64,000 nucleotides of DNA from a virus (IMGVR_UViG_3300027845_000169:1-64000), one strand, 5' to 3'; positions 28,347 through 43,933 are shown, numbered from the stretch's first letter. Made by a program: numbers and translations. The notes: generated by a model from the sequence alone, not told the origin.

Positions 28347-28666
28347 AGGATTTGACTTGGTATTACTTGAGGGAATCTTATTACCCACAATTCAAAGAGG
28401 GTGTAACCAAGATGCCTTGGGATGAAAGGTTCTCGGTGCTTAGGGAATTATATGATGCTAAAGAAGAATTACCTTGGGAAATAAGAACGGAGGACCCAGT
28501 AGCGGATATGATGAATTGGGTCGCCAAGAAAGGAGATGAAGCATACTTCACATTCTTTTGCCACGGTATCAATGTCAATAATGATGGGTCGTTCAAACTA
28601 CACCGGAATATCAGTTTATCCTTGGGAAGAAACGGCCTAACTAATACTGATGACCCAAATGTATAA
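28343..28666 (+). CDS. Hypothetical protein
   Basis: 107 aa; GGAGG before an overlapping start. Confidence 0.6.
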   Translation: MKDLTWYYLRESYYPQFKEGVTKMPWDERFSVLRELYDAKEELPWEIRTEDPVADMMNWVAKKGDEAYFTFFCHGINVNNDGSFKLHRNISLSLGRNGLTNTDDPNV

Positions 28667-28691
28667 ATACATGAGTCCCATATCATGAAAC

Positions 28692-29324
28692 ATGGCGTGG
28701 GAATTACTCGTTGATGATGAAAGAGAAATTGGAGTATTTACTTGTAATACAGCAGATGTGGCCTTCGGTCCACTTGTGAGTATGCACGGTAAAGATGTGA
28801 TGGGATTTTACAATTGGTGGAACGATGTTATCGGGAAATATAACGACCCACGCACTATGAATGACACGGACTTGCACAATGCAGTTTTCCGATGGTATGG
28901 AGTCCAATACGAAATAAAGTTTGAAATGGTTGTGGGAGATAAAGTTTTTGAAGGGGAATACTATCCCTTGGACTATGTATCTATGAAGGGCCTATATGAT
29001 GAGTCGGATGAGTTTTACGAAGAATGGGACTTAGATGATTGGACTAATGTGATGGAGTCGGTTTTCAAAAACCGTGAATGTGATATGGAAGGAGATGGAG
29101 GCCAAATGTCGGGCTACCTTCACACAAAAATAACATTGAATGAAGACGAAGAGTATATTCGTAATCCGGACACTAACGGACCGATGTGGAGAATCGTTGG
29201 AATCAAGAATGGTTGGAAACGCTCAAGTTGGGGTGGGTCCGAAACATGGCAATGGTTCAACAAAGATGGCGAAAGTGTAGGTCAAGGTAGCAAGGCTCCT
29301 TGGGATGAAGAGAACAAAGACTAA
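28692..29324 (+). CDS. Hypothetical protein
   Basis: 210 aa; ATAAATAC 29 nt upstream. Confidence 0.6.
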   Translation: MAWELLVDDEREIGVFTCNTADVAFGPLVSMHGKDVMGFYNWWNDVIGKYNDPRTMNDTDLHNAVFRWYGVQYEIKFEMVVGDKVFEGEYYPLDYVSMKGLYDESDEFYEEWDLDDWTNVMESVFKNRECDMEGDGGQMSGYLHTKITLNEDEEYIRNPDTNGPMWRIVGIKNGWKRSSWGGSETWQWFNKDGESVGQGSKAPWDEENKD

Positions 29325-29349
29325 ATAGTAGTCCCTCTTCGGATGAATC

Positions 29350-29760
29350 ATGTTGTTCACAAATTACCGACACGCAGCCGGTTGCATTGTTCGTGATGCC
29401 GATACTCAAATGATATTATTACTTCGCCGTTCAATTAATGAAACTTCGTTTCACGGAATGTGGGAACTTCCCGGCGGTAAATTAGAAGAAGATGAATTGC
29501 CCGAAGAAACTGCTCTCAATGAAACTACCGAAGAAACCGGACTCGGTATCTATCAAAAATTAGTTAAAACTGACCTTAAATTAGATTACCATATAGACCA
29601 CGACATGAAAAAGATTTACTATGGATTCCTCGTTGAAACCAAAAACCCAACTGTGGAGTTATCCGATGAACACGATGGCTTCATGTGGATTACTGTTGAA
29701 GGTGCTCTAAGTATTGAACCACTTAGTCATCATGCACATTTCTTGCTTTCGCAATTGTGA
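29350..29760 (+). CDS. NUDIX hydrolase
   Basis: WELPGGKLEEDELPEETALNETTEETGL Nudix box; LSDEH. Confidence 0.9.
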   Translation: MLFTNYRHAAGCIVRDADTQMILLLRRSINETSFHGMWELPGGKLEEDELPEETALNETTEETGLGIYQKLVKTDLKLDYHIDHDMKKIYYGFLVETKNPTVELSDEHDGFMWITVEGALSIEPLSHHAHFLLSQL

Positions 29761-29771
29761 AAATTAAAAGA

Positions 29772-29843
29772 TGCTGGGTGTCGGGTTCAAGACCCGACTG
29801 ACTCCCACTTCTCCCCTCAGTTCGGTTAGGAGCCTTTCCCAGC
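29772..29843 (-). ncRNA. Candidate 72-nt tRNA-sized structured RNA with its own promoter
   Basis: GAACCATTAAGTAT promoter (- strand; TATA at 29865-29872) predicts a start at 29843, the first base of terminal stem GCTGGG/CCCAGC-A; two internal stems; followed by TCTTTTAATTT. Confidence 0.55.
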
Positions 29844-29919
29844 AAGGGAGAATAGTGTTTCCTTATACTTAATGGTTCCGTTCCACAGTATTAAGTAGGA
29901 AGTCACTCAATATGAGAAC

Positions 29920-30906
29920 ATGGCTATGACTCCGGAGATGGAAAGGCGAGCCATGCTTGCCGTTGATAGGATGCTCACACTCAACGAGGGATTATATTCA
30001 GCCGCTCGTAATGTGGGGACGACTCGTGCAACCGTTTTGAAATGGTTGGCCTTGAAGAACATTGGATACCGAAAGGTAGCCTATGGTCGCTACAAAATTG
30101 AGCCTCCGATGGAAGCCCGTGTCCGCCAATTTTTGAGTGGAATGGCACAAGGTCGTTCGGCTACTGCGGCCGCAAAAAGGGCTGGAACAACTCTTAGAGC
30201 CATGCAAAAACAAACTCTTAATGACGGAACTGGTAAGCAAGTGCCAATCATTGGAAAGGTTGGTAATCGTTGGGAGTCTAACTTTGTCCCTCTTTACGAC
30301 CACAGCATGGTTGTCTATGGAAAGTTAGTAGGTTTAGAAGAAAGTTTGCAGGGACGACCCGGACAAACGGCTGGACCAAAAGCCCAAAGAAACCAAAAGA
30401 AAGCGGACGAAGATTATGCCGACATTTGGTGGCAATTTGATTTGAATAACTTTGTGAGTTCTTTGAGTGCTGCTGGTGCCGCTGCGTTTTGGAAGCCAGC
30501 CTTGGTAACTTACTTACGCCAAACTTTGGAGGCTCCCTCTATTACTAATGCTAATGTGGCCAAGACTTTTGTGAAGAATGCAAAAGTTACGGCTCATGCG
30601 TTATCTAACGGCAGAATTGATGGAGCGGGGAAACTTGGGGAATTGACGGTGTTAGAAGATATGATGGAAAGATACGATTTGCGTTTAGATAAAACCATCA
30701 ACACAGGTGTGGACGACAACCGTGCGTCCGTGACAAACATTCCCGACTTCGTAGCCAAGACTGACCCCAAAGTAACGAGTCAGCGGAATACGGACGGCTA
30801 CTTCCAAGTATTCTTTTTGAGAAAGGGTGGCTTAGAAGTTTATCCACCAGCCCCCGGATTAAAATTAGTGTTCAATTACAGCGTAGCAGACGAGCGTATT
30901 GCTTAG
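29920..30906 (+). CDS. Hypothetical protein with two N-terminal HTH-like repeats
   Basis: LYSAARNVGTTRATV and ATAAAKRAGTTLRAM; TTAAGTAG 29 nt upstream. Confidence 0.65.
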   Translation: MAMTPEMERRAMLAVDRMLTLNEGLYSAARNVGTTRATVLKWLALKNIGYRKVAYGRYKIEPPMEARVRQFLSGMAQGRSATAAAKRAGTTLRAMQKQTLNDGTGKQVPIIGKVGNRWESNFVPLYDHSMVVYGKLVGLEESLQGRPGQTAGPKAQRNQKKADEDYADIWWQFDLNNFVSSLSAAGAAAFWKPALVTYLRQTLEAPSITNANVAKTFVKNAKVTAHALSNGRIDGAGKLGELTVLEDMMERYDLRLDKTINTGVDDNRASVTNIPDFVAKTDPKVTSQRNTDGYFQVFFLRKGGLEVYPPAPGLKLVFNYSVADERIA

Positions 30907-30959
30907 ACTCCTAACTTTGGTGTAATCTTTTAAGTAGGAAGTAACCGACTTCAAACACT

Positions 30960-31472
30960 ATGTCCGACCTTCCAAGTGATAGTCCTAACAAAATGAAGCC
31001 CGCAGCCTTGCTTACTGGTGCATTAGCCGGTATGTCTTTAGTGCTAACCCAAACTGATATGTCCGAGTATTCCCTTTACACCGCCGTGGGTGCTGGATTT
31101 ACTTTCATTACTTATCTTTACCTACGCAACAAAGCAAAGATTATTGCCGTAGTTGATGAGGGAATTGAAGATTTGACAGGTATTGACCTCTCCGCAGAAG
31201 ATGTGGAAAAGTTAGTGGACCAAGCAGCAGACTCCGTAGGAGATATTGCTTCCGATGCTCTCGCCGCCGCCGAAGAAGGTAAAGATGTTGCCGATGCTAT
31301 CAAAGACGCAGTTGAAGATGAGATTCACGAAGAAATCGGAATTGAAATTGAACTTGACGAACTTACAGTAAAAGGTTTGAAGAACGAACTCAAACAATTA
31401 GGACTTTCCACTAAAGGTAGGAAGGCTGAATTAGTCGCTCGTCTAACCGAGGCAATGTCAAAAGGTGAATGA
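30960..31472 (+). CDS. Membrane-anchored SAP-domain protein
   Basis: Two N-terminal TM helices; C-terminal LTVKGLKNELKQLGLSTKGRKAELVARL SAP motif. Confidence 0.8.
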   Translation: MSDLPSDSPNKMKPAALLTGALAGMSLVLTQTDMSEYSLYTAVGAGFTFITYLYLRNKAKIIAVVDEGIEDLTGIDLSAEDVEKLVDQAADSVGDIASDALAAAEEGKDVADAIKDAVEDEIHEEIGIEIELDELTVKGLKNELKQLGLSTKGRKAELVARLTEAMSKGE

Positions 31473-31474
31473 AC

Positions 31475-31633
31475 ATGGATTGGAAAAAGATTGGACTTTA
31501 CTCAAGCCTTACTTCCATTGTGTCCTCTATCGGCATTTATGCTATGCACGATGAGAACTTAGGTATCTTTGTAGGATTATGGGCTTCTGCTCTTTTGCTA
31601 CTGACAGACCGCATGGCTGAATCTAATGAATGA
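31475..31633 (+). CDS. Small two-TM membrane protein (not in ORF track)
   Basis: MDWKKIGLYSSLTSIVSSIGIYAMHDENLGIFVGLWASALLLL; AGGTGA upstream. Confidence 0.55.
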   Translation: MDWKKIGLYSSLTSIVSSIGIYAMHDENLGIFVGLWASALLLLTDRMAESNE

Positions 31634-31856
31634 AGATAATCGCAAAGCGGTTTGGAAAGCAATTCAAACTACTGGTGATTTGTTAGTCGGCAGACTGCCC
31701 GAATCTTCAAGACATCCTAATGGCCGTAATCCATACGCTCATGTCGCCTTGTGCGTCAAGAATAAGTTTGGTTGTAGTTACAAAGATATTCCCGATGAGG
31801 ATATTATGGATGTTATAGAATACCTTGAATGGCTAACTACGAAATCAGTTTCTTGA
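31626..31856 (+). CDS. Small hypothetical protein
   Basis: 76 aa; HPNGRNPYAHV...SYKDIPDE. Confidence 0.6.
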   Translation: MNEDNRKAVWKAIQTTGDLLVGRLPESSRHPNGRNPYAHVALCVKNKFGCSYKDIPDEDIMDVIEYLEWLTTKSVS

Positions 31857-33002
31857 TTTCTTTTCTTGGTCTGCTTTGATAACTGACTTCAAAAGTGCTT
31901 CCCACTCATCCGCTTTATTCTCAAGAGTTTGTTCACCAGCCCATGCTTTTCCGGCTTCCCTGTAAGGGAGGGTTAATTCGGGATTATCCATGTAAGTTTC
32001 CAAGGTGCGGGCAACTACACTAATGTAATCGTTGTGTTCCATATCAACGCCCTCGGCTCCACGCTTTGGAATGAGGACTCCTCTATCACCGATGGTGTGA
32101 GGCATAGAACCAAGTTCCGATGCAATAATAAAACAACCTGCTCTTTGGGCTTCCAAAGCACAAATGCAATAAGTTTCCACGAAGTCGGTAGGATATAGAA
32201 GGATGTCGCACTCCGCCCAAGCCTTCTCAATTTCCTCATCACTAACATATCCAAATAATTCAATGTCGTGTGGGGACTCTTCCACAAGTTGTCTTAGGGA
32301 TGGAGTTTTCCAATCAAAGAATCGGAAAGTGCGGCCCGGATAAGGAGCATTGTCATCATCTTCATACTCGGCTTGATGGCCATAGATGTGAAATGAAATC
32401 TTACCGTGCTTCTCGGGGTCTATTTTGTTGATGACTTCTAAAGCAGAACAAAGACCTCTATTCCAACCGGAAATCCAAACCATACGATTCTTGACTTTCT
32501 CAATTCCGCTGGTGTCAAGTTTAGGGGCATCTAAGCCATGACCTATTTCGTTGAAGTGGTGGTGTGGTATATTGTAATGTTGCATCATTCCATAAGTGTG
32601 GGATGGAGTGAGTGTGACGGTCTTAGAACAAAGTCCACCTTCCACCAAGTTGGCGTAAGTCTGCCTACCATCCTCATAAAAGACAGTATTCTCATAGCCT
32701 GTGAGTGGTCTTACATCATGTTGCCAAAATACAGTAGGGACTTGCTTACATTCTTCATAAAGCCAATAGTTAAGGTATCGCTGAACAATAACTACATCAA
32801 AATCAAGAGCGTTCATAGTTGGCAAAGGTCTTGACCTCCAACAGAAGATTTCAACATGGTGACCTCGCTTAACGAGTTCAACGGCCATTTGTGCTAATGA
32901 CCTCTCACTTCCCCATCCACCGCCGGGAAGTTCCCAATCTTCAGTAACTACTGTGTGTGCATCAAAGACAGGGGAATAACCAGTCCAATAAGCGATACGC
33001 AT
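31845..33002 (-). CDS. Glycosyltransferase, GT-B fold (GT4-like)
   Basis: GGGWGSE, DILLYPT..ETYCICALEAQRAG (Ex7E). Confidence 0.85.
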   Translation of the reverse strand: MRIAYWTGYSPVFDAHTVVTEDWELPGGGWGSERSLAQMAVELVKRGHHVEIFCWRSRPLPTMNALDFDVVIVQRYLNYWLYEECKQVPTVFWQHDVRPLTGYENTVFYEDGRQTYANLVEGGLCSKTVTLTPSHTYGMMQHYNIPHHHFNEIGHGLDAPKLDTSGIEKVKNRMVWISGWNRGLCSALEVINKIDPEKHGKISFHIYGHQAEYEDDDNAPYPGRTFRFFDWKTPSLRQLVEESPHDIELFGYVSDEEIEKAWAECDILLYPTDFVETYCICALEAQRAGCFIIASELGSMPHTIGDRGVLIPKRGAEGVDMEHNDYISVVARTLETYMDNPELTLPYREAGKAWAGEQTLENKADEWEALLKSVIKADQEKKSRN

Positions 33003-33069
33003 AATAGCCCATACGGTAATTTCCTACTTAATGGTTCTTTGAAATAGGTGTTTGCACCTATGCCTAATC

Positions 33070-36000
33070 ATGAGCCGTGCTGTTAAGCAACCTCAAGTTG
33101 TGGACTATGAACCCTACTATGAGATGCTTCAAAAAGATACAGACGAGGTTTATGATATTGCTAACCGGTGCAGAAGTCAAGGCTATGACCCCGAATTGAA
33201 AGTTGAGATACCTCAAGCCAATGACTTGGCAGACCGCACACAAAAACTTTTGAACTTCTTACACCCAAGAAACACGGCAGCACAAATCCGTGAATTGACG
33301 GAACTGCACGAAGGAAATAGAGAGTTAGTGGCTTTGGACCTCGCCAAGATTGTTTGTGCCGAAACTTTCCTATATGCTAAGACTTCTAAATGTCAAGTTT
33401 GTGATGGTAAAGGAACTATCAAAAAAGGATATAGAACGAGGGACTGCCACGCTTGTGAAGGTAGTGGATTGAAATTAGATTACACTAAAGATTTGATAAC
33501 TAATACTTGGGAAGAAACTTTGGAGGCAATGGAAAACTTTGCAGACATCAAGAAAACAACCAAGACAAGAATGGCACTTTGTATCTATCATGGAATCTGT
33601 GCAGGGTTAGCAGTCTTGACCGAAGGAATCCTTGTGGCTCCACTTGAAGGTGTAGTTTCATGTAGGATTATAGACAATGCCAGCGGAAGCCGAAGTCTTG
33701 CGATTAACTTTGCTGGACCAATTCGTTCTGCTGGTGGAACAGGTCAAGCGTTATCAGTTTTGATTGGAGATATTCTTCGCCGACAATTCGGATTGGAACC
33801 TCCGGAAATGACTTTTGAAGAAATTGAAAGATACAAAGAAGAAGTTATGAAATATGGTCGTGGTCTGCAATACCGTCCATCTAATCCTCAAATTGAAGTT
33901 CTATGTAATAACTGTCCGGTCTATCTTGATGGAGAGGGTGTGGGTGAAGAAGTAAGCGGACAAAGAGATTTGCCGAGAGTCCCCACGAATAAATGTCGTG
34001 AAGGTGCCCTATTGGTATTATGTGAAGGCATGGTATTGAAGGCTCCAAAGATTCTCAAATATACAGACGCACTTGGGTTTTCCGAGTGGGAATGGTTGAG
34101 AGAGTTCGCACCTAACAAAGAAGAAGAAGATGATGGGCCTAAGACCTTACAACCTATCAATAAGTATCTCGCAGACATGGTAGCGGGGCGACCAATCTTT
34201 TCACAACCAATGCAAGTAGGCGGGTTCCGACTTAGGTATGGTCGTTCCCGATTAGCAGGGTTGGCAACTACGGCAGTCCACCCATCCACTATGAAAGTTG
34301 TGGCAGGGTTTTTCATTACAGGAACTCAACTGAAATATGAACGGCCCGGAAAAGGAACGGTGGTAACTCCTTGCGATAGTATAGAAGGCCCCTATGTTCA
34401 ATTCACAGATGGGTCGGGTAAAAGGATTAGAGAACCTTCGGAATTACCGGACGGGTTACCAACTGACCCTTATTGGCCGATAGAAAAGATTTGGGATATT
34501 GGAGAATTACTCGTTCCAGTCGGTGAGTTTTTGGAAAATAATCATACTCTTGCCCCCTCACCTTATGTAAGAGAATGGCACGAACAAGTTATAGAACAGC
34601 ATACTGCGTCCTATCCTACCTCATTTATAGAAAGTTTGGAACAATCCGAGCAGTTGGGAATACCGATTGCCCCGGAATACATTGCTTACTATAATGAAGT
34701 GAGCATAGAAGATATAGAACGCTTGGCTGCGGACACAAAAGTTGATGTTCATACTCAATCTATAACTGTTGCTAAAGATTCAAGACCCACGATTTATGCG
34801 TTAGGAATTGATATAGATAAGGATGGGAAAATAGAAGGCGATAAGGGCGTGTTTTGGGGCTGGGTAGTATCACAGACCTCAAATAGTAAGGCAACGCCAC
34901 AGGACGGCTTAGAATGGGTAAATATGAGGCTTCCAGAAGGAGTTGAGGCTCTTTCAGCCGTTACACTCCGAATTGGAGCAAGAATGGGTAAGCCGGAAGG
35001 TTCTAAGCCAAGAGAAATGAAACCTGCTATTCATGGACTTTTCCCAGTTGGTTTTAAGGTGGGGACAAAAAGATTAATGCGAGATGCCGCCGCCAAGAAA
35101 GTTAAGATTGAAGTTGGCCTAAGACTGGATGAAGAAACTGGCGAACATACTTGGCAAAGGTTCCTCAAAAATCCCGATGGAAGTTTCCGTAAAACTAAGT
35201 TTGTGGAATTACAACAACAAAATGTTGGGTTCAATGATTTGTGGGAACAATCCCTCAAAGATGCAGACTTATTGGGGACTCCCGAAGTTAAGGGAGTCAA
35301 GGGAATGACGAGTGTGGAAAAGACTCCGGAATCAATGTTGAAAGGGGTTTTGCGTTACAAAAATGGAGTATCAGTATTCCGTGATGGGACACTACGATGG
35401 GACATGGTTGATATTACCATGACTCATTTCCGTCCGGCAGAAATCGGCATGACAATAAAGCAAGCACATAAGTTAGGATATACTTACGATGTTTTCGGGG
35501 ACCCCTTGACAGATGAAAACCAAACTTGTGAATTGAGGGTGCAAGATGTAGTATTGCCAACTAACTGTGCGGACAATCTTGTAAAGGCTACTAAGTTTTT
35601 AGACGATTTGTTAATTAGACAATATGGAGAAAAGGCTTACTATAATGTGGATAGTCCACAAGATTTAATAGGACACTTGGGTATGGGTATCGCACCTCAC
35701 ACAAGTGGGGCTATCGTTTGTCGTATCATCGGATTCAGTAATATAAAGGGACACTACGGACATCCATTTTTCCATGCGGCGAAACGCCGTAATTGTGATG
35801 GAGATATTGACGCATTTATGCTATTGCTTGATGGAGTTCTAAACTTTAGTAGGGCTTTCCTCGCAGGGCATAGGGGCGGTCAAATGGATGCACCATTGAT
35901 TCTCACTATGCGTATCAATCCAAGTGAAATTGACAAAGAGGCTCTCAATGTTGATACTTCTATGCAATATCCAATTACATTTTATGAAGGGACACAATCA

Positions 36001-36612
36001 TACCCCGATGCTAAAGATGCGCTCAAGTTAGGTGTTGAAACTGTTGAAACGAGATTGGGTAGTCCAGCGGAACTTAGCGGTTTTGGTTTCACACACGACA
36101 CAGAAGATTGTGGGGCCGGGCCTATTATCAATCCATATACAGAATTAGAATCCATGCGTCAAAAGACAATGGCTCAATTCGCTCTTGGAGATTTACTTCA
36201 TGCCGTTGATAATAAACAACAGGCTTCCAAACTTATTGACCGACATTTGATTAGAGATATGAGAGGTAACCTTCGGGCATTCGGACAACAAAAAGTTAGG
36301 TGTCCTAAATGTGGAGCGAAATATAGACGACCACCTATCACGGGTAAATGCAGAACTTTGTTATCGGAAAAATCGTCCGAAGAGTCGGTGACCGGAGAAC
36401 ACGAAGTTGTTTATTGTGATGGCCAAATTATTCTTACGGTGTCAAAAGGTTCTGTTAAGAAGTATGACTCATTGATGAATGACCTTGTGGATAAATATGG
36501 ATGCGATAATTACATTCAACAATTGTATTACCATGTGAGTGATTGGGTATCTCAAACATTTGACGATAACGACATGACCGAGCAAACTAAGTTAGATTTA
36601 GATTTCCTTTGA
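33070..36612 (+). CDS. polC: DNA polymerase D large subunit (DP2)
   Basis: LAVLTEGILVAPLEG, FAGPIRSAGGT, GGFRLRYGRSR, IGARMGKPE, VKGVKG, APHTS, HPFFHAAKRRNCDGDID, RGGQMDAPL, GNLRAF, CPKCGAKYRRPP; TGAAATAGGTG 30 nt before ATG 33070. Confidence 0.95.
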   Translation: MSRAVKQPQVVDYEPYYEMLQKDTDEVYDIANRCRSQGYDPELKVEIPQANDLADRTQKLLNFLHPRNTAAQIRELTELHEGNRELVALDLAKIVCAETFLYAKTSKCQVCDGKGTIKKGYRTRDCHACEGSGLKLDYTKDLITNTWEETLEAMENFADIKKTTKTRMALCIYHGICAGLAVLTEGILVAPLEGVVSCRIIDNASGSRSLAINFAGPIRSAGGTGQALSVLIGDILRRQFGLEPPEMTFEEIERYKEEVMKYGRGLQYRPSNPQIEVLCNNCPVYLDGEGVGEEVSGQRDLPRVPTNKCREGALLVLCEGMVLKAPKILKYTDALGFSEWEWLREFAPNKEEEDDGPKTLQPINKYLADMVAGRPIFSQPMQVGGFRLRYGRSRLAGLATTAVHPSTMKVVAGFFITGTQLKYERPGKGTVVTPCDSIEGPYVQFTDGSGKRIREPSELPDGLPTDPYWPIEKIWDIGELLVPVGEFLENNHTLAPSPYVREWHEQVIEQHTASYPTSFIESLEQSEQLGIPIAPEYIAYYNEVSIEDIERLAADTKVDVHTQSITVAKDSRPTIYALGIDIDKDGKIEGDKGVFWGWVVSQTSNSKATPQDGLEWVNMRLPEGVEALSAVTLRIGARMGKPEGSKPREMKPAIHGLFPVGFKVGTKRLMRDAAAKKVKIEVGLRLDEETGEHTWQRFLKNPDGSFRKTKFVELQQQNVGFNDLWEQSLKDADLLGTPEVKGVKGMTSVEKTPESMLKGVLRYKNGVSVFRDGTLRWDMVDITMTHFRPAEIGMTIKQAHKLGYTYDVFGDPLTDENQTCELRVQDVVLPTNCADNLVKATKFLDDLLIRQYGEKAYYNVDSPQDLIGHLGMGIAPHTSGAIVCRIIGFSNIKGHYGHPFFHAAKRRNCDGDIDAFMLLLDGVLNFSRAFLAGHRGGQMDAPLILTMRINPSEIDKEALNVDTSMQYPITFYEGTQSYPDAKDALKLGVETVETRLGSPAELSGFGFTHDTEDCGAGPIINPYTELESMRQKTMAQFALGDLLHAVDNKQQASKLIDRHLIRDMRGNLRAFGQQKVRCPKCGAKYRRPPITGKCRTLLSEKSSEESVTGEHEVVYCDGQIILTVSKGSVKKYDSLMNDLVDKYGCDNYIQQLYYHVSDWVSQTFDDNDMTEQTKLDLDFL

Positions 36613-36621
36613 GGGGAGAAG

Positions 36622-36843
36622 TTAGCCATACATAGAGTAGTCTTCCTTAGTCGGAGGCTTCTCTTCTTTAGCGTTTAATCTGCTTCCCAAGGTAACTTCT
36701 AACAAAGACTTCAAAACTTGTTTGATTTCTGCCAACTCATTACTAATCTCATCCACCGATTCATGGACTTCATCAACTTTATGTCCTAAGCGAGTCACCG
36801 TCATTCTTTTCGGTGTGACAACTGTCATATCGTCCTCGGGCAT
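36622..36843 (-). CDS. Small coiled-coil protein
   Basis: Heptad pattern; TTAAATGG 29 nt before ATG 36843. Confidence 0.55.
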   Translation of the reverse strand: MPEDDMTVVTPKRMTVTRLGHKVDEVHESVDEISNELAEIKQVLKSLLEVTLGSRLNAKEEKPPTKEDYSMYG

Positions 36844-36899
36844 GATGTTCATTTGTCATTACTACCATTTAATAGTTAGCCTGTTTGCTTGTTTATAAG

Positions 36900-37985
36900 T
36901 CACTCAAACCAAGGCAGATTCGCCCTTAATCTTTGCTTCTCCCCTTCTGGGACATCATGCCTTTCCAGCAAACTTTTAGTAATTTCTAAGGCTCTCTCCA
37001 TATTTTCAATTTCATAATATGCCATTGCTGCGGAATCATCAACCATCCAATTATATTGTGGTTGCATGAACAACCCCATGGTATTCCACTCTTCAACTTG
37101 TTCGTATAACTCAAGTGCCCTCCGTAACAGTTTCCAATTCCCCAAAGTTTTACCATGCAACAAAAGTTTGAAGTAAGCATCTGGTCGCTGCGTAACACTT
37201 TCAATAGCCTTGAATAAATAATCTGCATCTTTCGTCATTTCCCAAATGGCTAACCAAGATTCATAGATTTCTTCATCCCAGCCACCCATACAGGTTCGCA
37301 TTTTGTAATAACGAATTGCATCAGCCCAGTAAGGTTCCCCTGCGTCTTTGCACGATTGTGCTAAATAGAATGTATATCGTTGAAGTAAGAAAGGGTCCTT
37401 TTCCTCATTCATGGCAGCAAGCAGGGTGCTTCTATCATTCACATAAAGTTGTGCTCCTTTCGCTCGGCCTCCGCCATCGTAATGATGGTTGATACTGATT
37501 GTATTCAAGACCCCTCCTGTTTGCTCTTGACCGTCACCAGTATAGCCGATAAACTCGTGGACGACTGAACGCCAGCGATAGGAAGTTTGAGAATTGATAA
37601 GCCAAGGGAGCCAATGAGTCATGGAACCTCCCACTACTGCCAGCATATAAGAATCTATATCGGTGGAAAGTTTGGAAGTCCATTTCTCATCGGTGACTTC
37701 CAAAGTATGGTCCGCATCAAGGTAAATGTAAAAATCACAAGCGGACGAGTCGGCTTGGTCCAAACATTGATTGCGAGCATCAGCAAATCCATTCCAAGGT
37801 GAGTCAAAAACTTTGCCAACGGTATTGCCTTCAAAATAGTCCAAAACTTTCTGCTTTGTGTTGTCGGTGGTCTTTTCATCCACACCAATACAAAAGTAGT
37901 CAAGATAGGGTGCAATAGTGTCTAAGCACCGCTCAATGTTGGCCTCTTCATTATAAAGAGTCATCAATAGTCCTATCTTAACCAT
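36900..37985 (-). CDS. GT2 glycosyltransferase with TPR-like C-terminus
   Basis: YNEEANIERCL, GFADARN, YLDAD, VVHE, FYLAQS. Confidence 0.85.
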   Translation of the reverse strand: MVKIGLLMTLYNEEANIERCLDTIAPYLDYFCIGVDEKTTDNTKQKVLDYFEGNTVGKVFDSPWNGFADARNQCLDQADSSACDFYIYLDADHTLEVTDEKWTSKLSTDIDSYMLAVVGGSMTHWLPWLINSQTSYRWRSVVHEFIGYTGDGQEQTGGVLNTISINHHYDGGGRAKGAQLYVNDRSTLLAAMNEEKDPFLLQRYTFYLAQSCKDAGEPYWADAIRYYKMRTCMGGWDEEIYESWLAIWEMTKDADYLFKAIESVTQRPDAYFKLLLHGKTLGNWKLLRRALELYEQVEEWNTMGLFMQPQYNWMVDDSAAMAYYEIENMERALEITKSLLERHDVPEGEKQRLRANLPWFE

Positions 37986-38026
37986 AGGAATTGATAATCA
38001 TTGGACTTACTTAATGGTTCTTAGTA

Positions 38027-43933
<5,907 letters not shown>

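Noticed and set aside
29772-29844. Canonical tRNA (GGTTCAAGACC T-loop-like on + strand)
   Set aside because: On + the T-like arm sits at the 5' side, and on - there is no standard D/anticodon arm; kept only as a tRNA-like ncRNA candidate
33070-36612. Intein in DP2
   Set aside because: The RRNCDGD region is contiguous, and no intein termini or homing-endonuclease motifs are visible
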